DNA from: Diplonema japonicum
Taxonomy: Eukaryota > Protista > Euglenozoa: Diplonemea
DNA: 64,000 nt
NCBI GenBank assembly: GCA_964019335.1
Contig: OZ025663.1
Span: forward strand, 620,001-684,000
Reading direction: 5' to 3'
Shown here: piece by piece, positions 1-11,300 of the stretch
Numbering within the stretch: the first letter of the stretch is position 1
Layout: each line of letters opens with the position of its first letter
The notes under the pieces: generated by a model
Databases searched by the model: none
What the model was told of the DNA's origin: nothing
The model's input: only the letters and a program-made list of their open reading frames with translations
Made by a program: the position numbers and the translations under genes

Positions 1-1
1 C

Positions 2-1747
2 TTCACTGTGGACATCAAGGGGGAACGGTTATTGGGTTGGGTAGTTTATGTTCAGAAAAAAGATGAAAAATTGAATAGAGGCGCCGTGCAGCGATCGTTC
101 TTCTTGCTGTCAAAGCTCCCCATCCCTGGCGTGGCACACAGGATACTCAAGAGCATCGCGAAGCTGTATTTCCAGAAAATCGCCACTCTCCCCGAAGAAG
201 ACGAAGGGTACCTTTCTAAGAACGTGTTGCTGAACTGTTGGCATGCTATCTGTGCGTGGCCTGAGCCTGTTTGCTGCGGGCGATTCGACCTCAGCACCCC
301 CACCATGAAGATGGCCTACACCCTGCCTTGCTTCCGGCAACGCGGTTTCACAGGCGAAGAAGGTTGCGTCCGGTGCCCACATCTTAAAGGCAACATCGAA
401 AAAGCAAACCCCGCTGACGACGCAAGCAGCACCTCCAGCGAAGAATGGGCTGTGGGTCCGAGGCATGTCGAGACGGAAGCTGACCCCTGCGACGTGTCAG
501 ATTTGATCCAAAAGCTCAGGATGTTCGGAGGCCTTGACGGGGGGAAAAACGCAGTGTTGGGTGGCAGTGCCTTCGAGGTCGCACAGCTTGCTGTGAACAT
601 TGCAGTAGCAGACAGCGCTGCCTCTGACTCTCCTAAAGCAACACGTGTTGCCAGCATGCTGCTTTATCCTTCCCCTACACCTTCCCCGCCCCCGTCTCCT
701 GAGCTTCTGTACTCGCCTCCTGGGTGCGGTGTCAAAGCTTACCCCTTTTCAGAAGTTGATATTGAGAAATCGCTAGCTCCGCATCTCCCGAGGATGTGGA
801 AGTTGTGGGAGCTCGTCATCACAGGGGAACCCATATCCGTGCTGTCGAGCACTGCGTCTTCTGCTTCGTATGCAGTCAGATCCCTAGCCACGCTTATCGA
901 GCCTCTCACTTATGTGGGAGACGTGCGCCCTTACCTCACGCTGCACAACACGTACGTTGATGATCTCACAGATGTCGGGCATCAGAGCACGCTTCTTGGG
1001 TTCAGCAACCCCATCTTCGCCCGCACTATTGCCACGTTGCCGCATGTTCTGGTAATAAACATGACTGACCGTGAGGCTGACTGGCGGGTTCGACACCGCA
1101 ACAAAAGCAAAGGCGGTACAATCGGGCGCCATCACTTCAAAAGCAACAGCCTCTTCACAGACCACTCGTTCGCCGTCAAGACACCAAACTCAAAACCAGA
1201 AAAGATCAAGGCAGAACTGAGGAGCATGACACAGCATTTCCTGCAACCCATCTGGAAGTACCTGAAGGGGGTCATCAACAACTCAGGGAACGCAATCTTT
1301 GTGGGGCACGTCTGGGAATTCTTTTACAGACTGAACGAAGATACGTCCCCAACAGGCCTACCTGCACCTTTCTCAGTACCGAGCTTGCTGGAAGCTGTGT
1401 CGCAGAGTTTGAAAGAAGAAACCCACCATGATATGTGGAAGAAGGGCAAGGATGTCCTGGCTGTTTACATTAGGTTCATTTACAGTGCCAGTGGGCTACG
1501 TTGGGTTTCGGATGTCTACTTCAAGGCCTATAGAGAATTCATCAGCAGTGCCGACCTGCCCACTCTCCTCCTCAATTTCCCACCGCCACCCAAGTCACAG
1601 CAAAGGCTACTTTTCCTTAACCAGGTGGAGCTCCAGTACGAAAAAGAGCTCTCTGTGCCCATCCCCGATCATCCCTTTATTACCACTCTTGAACAGTTGA
1701 ACCGTCTCGTTCAAACCTTCCGGGAGAGGATGTTCAATGGTAAATAA
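2..1747 (+). CDS. DENND6/FAM116-like DENN-domain protein (probable Rab GEF), 5'-truncated by window edge
   Basis: Frame open from base 2 to TAA 1747. The cDENN-like block KLWELVITGEPISVLS...SLATLIEPLTYVGDVRPYLTLH...LLGFSNPIF and later ELRSMTQHFLQPI resemble the DENND6 family. Confidence 0.75.
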   Translation, partial: FTVDIKGERLLGWVVYVQKKDEKLNRGAVQRSFFLLSKLPIPGVAHRILKSIAKLYFQKIATLPEEDEGYLSKNVLLNCWHAICAWPEPVCCGRFDLSTPTMKMAYTLPCFRQRGFTGEEGCVRCPHLKGNIEKANPADDASSTSSEEWAVGPRHVETEADPCDVSDLIQKLRMFGGLDGGKNAVLGGSAFEVAQLAVNIAVADSAASDSPKATRVASMLLYPSPTPSPPPSPELLYSPPGCGVKAYPFSEVDIEKSLAPHLPRMWKLWELVITGEPISVLSSTASSASYAVRSLATLIEPLTYVGDVRPYLTLHNTYVDDLTDVGHQSTLLGFSNPIFARTIATLPHVLVINMTDREADWRVRHRNKSKGGTIGRHHFKSNSLFTDHSFAVKTPNSKPEKIKAELRSMTQHFLQPIWKYLKGVINNSGNAIFVGHVWEFFYRLNEDTSPTGLPAPFSVPSLLEAVSQSLKEETHHDMWKKGKDVLAVYIRFIYSASGLRWVSDVYFKAYREFISSADLPTLLLNFPPPPKSQQRLLFLNQVELQYEKELSVPIPDHPFITTLEQLNRLVQTFRERMFNGK

Positions 1748-1776
1748 GGATGTGGCAGGCCAAATAAGAAAAAAAA

Positions 1777-1848
1777 GGGCTCGGCCGGGAATTGAACCCG
1801 GGACCTCTCGCACCCTAAGCGAGAATCATGCCACTAGACCACCGAGCC
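1777..1848 (-). tRNA. tRNA-Pro(AGG)
   Basis: Reverse complement is GGCTCGGTGGTCTAGTGGCATGATTCTCGCTTAGGGTGCGAGAGGTCCCGGGTTCAATTCCCGGCCGAGCCC: 72 nt, cloverleaf, anticodon loop TT-AGG-GT, box A/B. Followed by T8 on the minus strand (1769-1776). Confidence 0.97.
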
Positions 1849-1947
1849 ACGATGACTGTTTTGGCCAAGGTATTTGCATTTGTTACAATGAGTTCGATAT
1901 TTAAGGATGTTACAGGAAACGTAGATAGCTGCCAAAACAGTCATCGT

Positions 1948-2019
1948 GGCTCGGTGGTCTAGTGGCATGATTCTCGCTTAGGGTGCGAGAGGTCCCGGGT
2001 TCAATTCCCGGCCGAGCCC
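1948..2019 (+). tRNA. tRNA-Pro(AGG)
   Basis: Identical 72-nt sequence to the minus-strand copy, followed by a T8 Pol III terminator at 2020-2027. Confidence 0.97.
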
Positions 2020-2328
2020 TTTTTTTTGACTTGACATTCACTTTGCGAAGTTCAAAGTAAACAATTCCCCTTCGAGATTAAGACACCTGAAGCAAAGCGG
2101 TTCTTGGGGGGTTACACAGAATCAGTGAAAAGCTTCCGTACTTAAGAAATAAGTAAAACCTGTCGTGAGCATGAACAGGCGGCCCAGGCGCGTGATATTT
2201 TGTCTAAACCCCTCACCACATTTTTTGTTCCCATTTTTATTTTGTTACTCTTCTATAAGACTTGCATTGCAACCCTTCAGGACGAGAAAAAACAATATCT
2301 GTAAAAGAGCTTACAGAATAGAAAAAAA

Positions 2329-5300
2329 ATGCAGCGGCTACCTCTGCTGCTTCTGCTAGCAGGCATGAGCGCAGCACAATTCACGGCTAAGTGCCCTGTT
2401 GTGTCAATGTCAGCAGCCCCAAAGGTCGAATACCAAGTGGGTGTTGAAAATGGCAAGGATGCGATTGAGTTCACGGTAACTATTCCAGCTGGTGGATGGG
2501 TGGGCATTGGGTTCAAGACGGGAGGCGGGGCGGGAACCACGATGAAAGACTTGGCTATGACTGTAGGTGATGCCACAGGTGCTATTTATGACACAGCGGT
2601 GGCTACTGGAAATGGTGCTCCCACTCAGCGCACTCTAACATCGCGTCTCACTAGCTTCGCAGGTGGCATTCTTAAGTTCCGTCGTGATATGGACGACGGC
2701 GTGTACACCATTGTTCCCTTCCTCCCTCTTACTGTCGCACTCGCTTCTGGCACAGGCACGGCATTTGGTACTTGGACCGGGCACACTGCCCGTCAATTCA
2801 TCGAGGACCACGTCTTCGCATCTTGTTTTGAAAAGACCTGTGACGGTGTTGGTCCAGCACTCACTATCCCCAGCGTTGTGGTTACACACGAGATCGGCAA
2901 GCTTGGCGTTGATGATGCTATAAAGTTCTCTGTCACCTTCCCCAACGGTAACTGGGCTGCCATTGGGCTCAGAGCGGCAGACGCAGCGCAAATGACCAAT
3001 CTCGACATCTATGCAATGGACTCTGCCACAGACAGCGTAACCGACTTCAATATTCAAACGATGGCCACGTCTAAACCCACTACACAAGATGCTTGGCAAA
3101 ATGGGTACTTTGTGAGTCGAACGGCAGGTGCCACCACTACTGTTGTGTTCATGCGAAGGCTTACAACAGGTGACACGAATGACTTTGACTTCACCGTGGG
3201 AAGTACCATCAACATGGCAGTGGCTACAGGAGCCGGAACCGTCGCAACGTGGGTGTCTCACACCGAAAGGGAAAAGGTAGATGTTATGATATCGACCTGC
3301 ACTTCTGCTCCAGACACTACTGCTCCTGATACACCTGCTCCTGACACACCAACTCCAGGAGCTGCTGTGTTTGTTGCTTCATGCAGCATTGAAGCCCTCA
3401 CTGTGACGATTGGAACAATGTCTGTATCGTACGAAGTTGGGATGATTGGTGTGGATGATGCCATTCAGTTCACTGTTCAGTTTGCTTCCACGGCACCCAG
3501 CTGGGGTTCGATTGGTGTGCGTGCTACTGGTGGTGCGGCCACCATGGCTGGTTATGACATTGTGGCCTTCGACTCTGACAAGGATGGCGTAACTGAGTAC
3601 AACATCCCGACAGGCAATGGCAAACCCACACCTGAGGTCACTCCTGGTCAGGTAACATTTGTGAGCAGGACTGTCGGAACTGGGACCACCACGGTATGCT
3701 AACTGTAACAAATTAATAATCAAAAACAGGTGGTATTCTACCGCAAGATGACAACTGGCTCTGCCAATGACTTCGACTTCACGAAGGGTTCCACCATCAC
3801 CTTTGGGTACGCCACAGGTGCTGGGTCGGCCACGACTGACACCTGGACAGGACACACCAGCAGGGAGAAGCAGGATGTGATCTTGAAGACCTGTGACACT
3901 TCTGCTCCTGACACTTCTGCCCCTGACACACCTGCTCCTGACACACCAACTCCAGGAGCTGCTGTGTTTGTTGCTTCATGCAGCATTGAAGCCCTCACTG
4001 TGACGATTGGGTCCATGTTCGTATCGTACGAAGTTGGGATGATTGGTGTGGATGATGCCATTCAGTTCACTGTTCAGTTTGCATCCACGGCACCTAGCTG
4101 GGGTTCGATTGGTGTGCGTGCAACTGGTGGTGCGGCCACCATGGCTGGTTATGACATTGTGGCCTTCGACTCTGACAAGGATGGTGTAACTGAGTACAAC
4201 ATCCCGACAGGCAATGGCAAACCCACACCTGAGGTCACTCCTGGTCAGGTAACATTTGTGAGCAGGACTGTCGGAACTGGGACCACCACGGTATGCTAAC
4301 TGTAACAAATTAATAATCAAAAACAGGTGGTATTCTACCGCAAGATGACAACTGGCTCTGCCAATGACTTCGACTTCACGAAGGGTTCCACCATCACCTT
4401 TGGGTACGCCACAGGTGCTGGGTCGGCCACGACTGACACCTGGACAGGACACACCAGCAGGGAGAAGCAGGATGTGACCTTGAAGACCTGTGACACTTCT
4501 GCCCCTGACACTCCAGCCCCCGACACACCTGCTCCTGACACCTCAGCTCCCGACACACCAACTCCAGGAGCTGCTGTATTTGTTGCTTCATGCAGCATTG
4601 AAGCACTCACTGTGACGATTGGGTCCATGTTCGTATCGTACGAAGTTGGAATGATTGGTGTGGATGATGCCATTCAGTTCACTGTTCAGTTTGCATCCAC
4701 GGCACCCAGCTGGGGTTCGATTGGTGTGCGTGCAACTGGTGGTGCAGCCACCATGGCTGGTTATGACATTGTGGCCTTCGACTCTGACAAGGATGGTGTA
4801 ACTGAGTACAACATCCCGACAGGCAATGGCAAACCCACACCTGAGGTCACTCCTGGTCAGGTAACATTTGTGAGCAGGACTGTTGGAACTGGGACCACCA
4901 CGGTATGCTGACAGGGAACAGATCAATAATCAAAAACACAGGTGGTATTCTACCGCAAGATGACAACTGGCTCTGCCAATGACTTCGACTTCACAAAGGG
5001 TTCCACCATCACCTTTGGGTACGCCACAGGTGCTGGGTCGGCCACGACTGACACCTGGACAGGACACACCAGCAGGGAGAAGCAGGATGTGACCTTGAAG
5101 ACCTGTGACACTTCTGCTCCTGACACTCCTGCTCCTGACACTCCGGCCCCCAACACTCCTGCTCCTGACACCTCTGCTCCCGACACACCAACTCCAGGAG
5201 CTGCTGTATTTGTTGCTTCATGCAGCATTGAAGCCCTCACTGTGACAATTGGAACAATGTCTGTATCGTACGAAGTTGGGATGATTGGTGTGGATGATGC

Positions 5301-8300
5301 CATTCAGTTCACTGTTCAGTTTGCTTCCACGGCACCCAGCTGGGGTTCGATTGGTGTGCGTGCAACTGGTGGTGCGGCCACCATGGCTGGTTATGACATT
5401 GTGGCCTTCGACTCTGACAAGGATGGTGTAACTGAGTACAACATCCCGACAGGCAATGGCAAACCCACACCTGAGGTCACTCCTGGTCAGGCAATCTTTG
5501 TGAGCAGGACTGTTGGAACTGGGACCACCACGGTATGCTGACAGGGAACAAATTAATAATCAAAAACAGGTGGTATTCTACCGCAAGATGACAACTGGCT
5601 CTGCTAATGACTTCGACTTCACAAAGGGTTCCACCATCACCTTTGGGTACGCCACAGGTGCTGGGTCGGCCACGACTGACACCTGGACAGGACACACCAG
5701 CAGGGAGAAGCAGGATGTGACCTTGAAGACCTGTGACACTTCTGCTCCTGACACTCCGGCCCCCAACACTCCTGCTCCTGACACCTCAGCTCCCGACACA
5801 CCAACTCCAGGAGCTGCTGTGTTTGTTGCTTCATGCAGCATTGAAGCACTCACTGTGACGATTGGGTCCATGTTCGTATCGTACGAAGTTGGAATGATTG
5901 GTGTGGATGATGCCATTCAGTTCACTGTTCAGTTTGCATCCACGGCACCCAGCTGGGGTTCGATTGGTGTGCGTGCAACTGGTGGTGCGGCCACCATGGC
6001 TGGTTATGACATTGTGGCCTTCGACTCTGACAAGGATGGTGTAACTGAGTACAACATCCCGACAGGCAATGGCAAACCCACACCTGAGGTCACTCCTGGT
6101 CAGGCAATCTTTGTGAGCAGGACTGTTGGAACTGGGACCACCACGGTATGCTGACAGGGAACAAATTAATAATCAAAAACAGGTGGTATTCTACCGCAAG
6201 ATGACAACTGGCTCTGCCAATGACTTCGACTTCACGAAGGGTTCCACCATCACCTTTGGGTACGCCACAGGTGCTGGGTCGGCCACGACTGACACCTGGA
6301 CAGGACACACCAGCAGGGAGAAGCAGGATGTGACCTTGAAGACCTGTGACACTTCTGCCCCTGACACTCCTGCCCCTGATACTCCGGCCCCCAACACTCC
6401 TGCTCCTGACACTCCAGCCCCTGACACTCTTGCTCCAAACACACCTGCTCCTGATACAGTTGCTCCTAACACGGTTGCTCCAAACACACCTGCTCCTGAC
6501 ACAGTTGCTCCCACTTCATCTCCAGGAGCTGTGTTTGTTGCTTCATGCAGCATTGAAGCCCTCACTGTGACGATTGGAACAATGTCTGTATCGTACGAAG
6601 TTGGAATGATTGGTGTGGATGATGCCATTCAGTTCACTGTTCAGTTTGCATCCACGGCACCTAGCTGGGGTTCGATTGGTGTACGTGCTACTGGTGGTGC
6701 AGCCACCATGGCTGGTTATGACATTGTGGCCTTCGACTCTGACAAGGATGGTGTAACTGAGTACAACATCCCGACAGGCAATGGCAAACCCACACCTGAG
6801 GTCACTCCTGGTCAGGCAATCTTTGTGAGCAGGACTGTTGCTACTGGGACCACCACGGTATGTTTTGAATAAAGAACTTGTTTTAGTTTATTGGTTGAAC
6901 GTTTTAACCGATAAAGGACTATAGAGACAGAATTGCGAAAGTACGCAATCTTGTAAATCTTGTGGTTCCTTGTTGAGCATCCCTGCGAAGCCTTACTGTG
7001 GATGAACCATCATACGCTGTAGAAGCCGAGTCGGTTTCATTGTTTATGAGCCGAAGAAGAGGAAGCGTTATGGATTCAAAATGTCCGCATGTTGCATCAG
7101 ACACCGGTTACTCTCTAAACATGATTGTGTATACCGGCGGGGGCACTCGGTGGAAAGAGGCAGAGCTACTCACCTAATATCAGCACTAGAGTTACTGGAT
7201 TGTCTTTGACAATTGTTTTCGCTTGTCCCATTGATGATAGAGATTTACAAAGCGGGTTTCAACTGCATGGGGACTATCGGGAAAACCCGGAAATTACTAC
7301 CTATTCAGTGTCCGCATGGGTGAGCCGGAGGACTCGACAGGAAGCTGAAAACAGCCTCGCAAGGGTGTGACAAAGAAATCCTGTGTTAGAACGGCCTTAG
7401 GCGGTGAGAAAATAATAACCAGCCCACCCTGCACGCTGAATAAGCACTGCTTGCCGAAACCATGGAATCTCCGGATAGCATGTGCCCTTTGCATGAGTTG
7501 TTTCTCTCGAATGCTGCTCTACCAAGTTTGGGCGTCCAGGGCTGATATACTACTTGGGTTAAAGTACCTTGTTTTGTCACATGGACCGATTGACGCACTG
7601 TGTACTGAATGGTCTTGGAAAGCTCAGAATTCTATTTATTACCTCAGAAATCTAAAGCGATTCTACATGATAAGGAGGATGCGTAATCGCTGTAAATATT
7701 AATGTGGAATTGATCAGAAAGGTGACCTGGCTAAATTCCTTCTAATAGTTGTCGAGTTTTCAATAATATTGCAAGTCTGCCAATACCGACTATGCTAATC
7801 AACCTAAACTATTGAGTCAGAGAACTTCCCAAAGTGGGTCCCAGGTCCGAGAAGGCTACAATATTTTCGCAACACACAATAAGTACGATACGTAATAATT
7901 CAATATCCAGAATTGAAAAACGATCGATTTCCGTTATTTTCATTTGTGCGTGTTTGTCGTCTTTTTCTTCACGAAGGATAATAGAATAACCCCTAAAGGC
8001 CCGCGCGGACATTTTTGTCCTTATTTCAAAATTTGCTTTTTCGCTAAGTACTTTTTTTAGGTGGTATTTGAACACGGCCCCTGGACTTCAAAATATGGCA
8101 TTGTTGCGCGGTTTATTTTGTCTTGGAACTACATTTTGCGTTAAAGGTTTTGTTTTAATTGAAACCGGCAGGGTTGGCTTAAAATGAAATCAGATGGTCA
8201 AAATAGCAGCGAAAACGTGAGTCACCCCCGACTGGTCAGATAAAGAAGAAAAAGACGATGAGGCGGTCAAAGAGGGGCCGGAAACGATGTTTAGGTGGGA

Positions 8301-11300
8301 GAAATACTCCCAAAGGCCCAAAACATATCATTTCCGTGAAAAGGTGGGCTCAAGGCACCTCTAGGTGAAGCGGCCAATGAGGAAGGTGTTTTTAATCTTT
8401 TTTTTTTGCACACGCGGAACTTGAGCTCATAGTTTCTTCCACGAACGGTCGTTTCGATAAAAAAAACAGCGGAATCTGAATCTTTCCATCCTAGAGTACA
8501 AAATTTGGCTTGGGTTGGTCCTGTTAATGGGTTTACGCTCGGCACCGAATGAAGAGCTGGACAACAAATTCTAATTTAACCATCCGGCTTTTAAGAAAAT
8601 GAGCAAACCGATTCGTTGACATACAGCGCTACCTCACCTTTGACAACCTGGAAAACATTTGGAAAGCCTGAAACTGCACCTCATGTGCAGGTTTCTTGAC
8701 ATCATTGTCAACCGGTGTAGGACTGTGCCGGACCCCTGGCAAGTGGTTGTCTGTTGACGGCAGTGTTATCCCGACAACAATAAAAGTCATGGCACCACGA
8801 AAAAGCAACTCGGTGGGCATCAAGGTAATCGCTACATGTGACTCATAAAACGGTTACCTGGCAAATTTCAACATTTTCAGCAAGAAGTCCACAACACAGG
8901 ACCTAGTCATGCGTACTGTCATGGTCGTTTTTTATTGGGTCCTGGAAAGCTGTGTTGCCAACTCCTCCATAATCTGGAAGAAGAGCAGGGAATGTGGCAA
9001 AAATTATGGCTTCCTGAGCTTCAAAGAAGAACTTGTTGGCAAGCTTCTCACCCATGCCCCAAAAACCGATGGCACACACCCCCCGACAACACCGTCACCG
9101 ACCCCCAAGCGCAAACACGCTAGCAATGAGGATCCTCACTCAGAAATACCCAAAACGTCTCGATTTGACCTTAAATCACACCTCCGAGACCATGATGAAC
9201 GGAATAAAGGTGAGGAAGGTGCTCTGTGCTGTTCCTGGGTGCGGGAAGAAGGTGCAAACGTGGTGCCCCTGTTGCAAAACCCCCTTATGCAAAACGTGTT
9301 TTTTACCCTTGCATGCTACCCCAGCTGGAAAAAAAAACTCACAAGTTGCTTTTTTCATCCCACAGCCCCAAAAAGTCTCCAGACTGACCTCAATCCTAGA
9401 GTTCAGGGGCACCAAATAGGGCTGATTGCTGCCCTTTTTAGCCCAGCCATAACTCCACGGACCCCCCACGACAAGACCCCCCAAAATCGGACATAAAAAG
9501 TACCCCCTCAACCCCCCCTCTTACACACATAGTTAAGTGTTCTCATCTGAATCTGGCACCTGGAAATGAAAATTTTAGTACCGTTTACCCTTTCCTTGCA
9601 CCTTACTATGGTGCATGCTGCCCTTTTTTTGAGTATTTAAAGCAACAACGAAAATGGGGGGGTACCGTAGATAGGCTCCGGGCCTTTAGGGGATAAGGTG
9701 AAATAGTGGCCAAAAAATCAAATTTTAACAGCTTTTTTTCTGCCAAGGATAGAAGTTGCAATACAACCTCTGTCTATGAGCAACAAACTGAACTAAATAA
9801 ACAGGTGATGTTCTACCGCAAGATGACAACTGGCTCTGCCAATGACTTCGACTTCACAAAGGGTTCCACCATCACCTTTGGGTACGCCACAGGTGCTGGG
9901 TCGGCCACGACTGACACCTGGACAGGACACACCAGCAGGGAGAAGCAGGATGTGACCTTGAAGACCTGTGACACTTCTGCTCCTGACACTCCAGCCCCCA
10001 ACACTCCGGCTCCTGACACCCCCGTCCCTGATACTCCGGCCCCCAACACTCCTGCTCCTGACACAATTGCTCCAACCTCATCTCCAGGAGCTGTGTTTGT
10101 TGCTTCATGCAGCATTGAAGCACTCACTGTGACGATTGGAACAATGTCTGTATCGTACGAAGTTGGGATGATTGGTGTGGATGATGCCATTCAGTTCACT
10201 GTTCAGTTTGCATCCACGGCACCTAGCTGGGGTTCGATTGGTGTGCGTGCAACTGGTGGTGCAGCCACCATGGCTGGTTATGACATTGTGGCCTTCGACT
10301 CTGACAAGGATGGTGTAACTGAGTACAACATCCCGACAGGCAATGGCAAACCCACACCTGAGGTCACTCCTGGTCAGGTAACATTTGTGAGCAGGACTGT
10401 CGGAACTGGGACCACCACGGTATGCTAACTGTAACAAATTAATAATCAAAAACAGGTGGTATTCTACCGCAAGATGACAACTGGCTCTGCCAATGACTTC
10501 GACTTCACGAAGGGTTCCACCATCACCTTTGGGTACGCCACAGGTGCTGGGTCGGCCACGACTGACACCTGGACAGGACACACCAGCAGGGAGAAGCAGG
10601 ATGTGACCTTGAAGACCTGTGACACTTCTGCTCCTGACACTCCGGCCCCCAACACTCCGGCTCCCAACACCCCAGCACCAGACACTCCTGCTCCAAGCAC
10701 TCCAGCTCCCGACACTTCAGCCCCGGATACGCCTGCTCCAATCACTCCTGCTCCAAACACTCCGGCTCCTGACACGTCAGCTCCCATTACTCCTGCTCCA
10801 GACACTACTGCACCTAATACACCTGCTCCTGACACAATTGCTCCCACCTCGTCCCCAGGAGCTGTATTTGTTGCTTCATGCAGCATTGAAGCACTCACTG
10901 TGACGATTGGAACAATGTCTGTATCGTACGAAGTTGGGATGATTGGTGTGGATGATGCCATTCAGTTCACTGTTCAGTTTGCATCCACGGCACCCAGCTG
11001 GGGTTCGATTGGTGTGCGTGCAACTGGTGGTGCGGCCACCATGGCTGGTTATGACATTGTGGCCTTCGACTCTGACAAGGATGGTGTAACTGAGTACAAC
11101 ATCCCGACAGGCAATGGCAAACCCACACCTGAGGTCACTCCTGGTCAGGCAATCTTTGTGAGCAGGACTGTCGGAACTGGGGTGACAACGGTATGCTGAC
11201 AGGGAACAAATCAATAATCAAAAACACAGGTGGTATTCTACCGCAAGATGACAACTGGCTCTGCCAATGACTTCGACTTCACGAAGGGTTCCACCATCAC

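Larger units (their letters stand above)
1769..2027. repeat. Perfect 97-bp inverted repeat (1769-1865 / 1931-2027) with 65-bp spacer
   Basis: Each arm is 17 bp of upstream flank (GCCAAAACAGTCATCGT) + tRNA + T8. Confidence 0.95.

Noticed and set aside
1301-1355. Possible intron in the DENND6-like gene (GTGGGG...CCAACAG)
   Set aside because: Removing 55 nt would shift a frame that is otherwise open and continues plausibly to the stop.
1777-2019. Functional link between the tRNA-Pro pair and the adjacent Pro-rich DOMON gene
   Set aside because: tRNAs act in trans; adjacency alone is not evidence.
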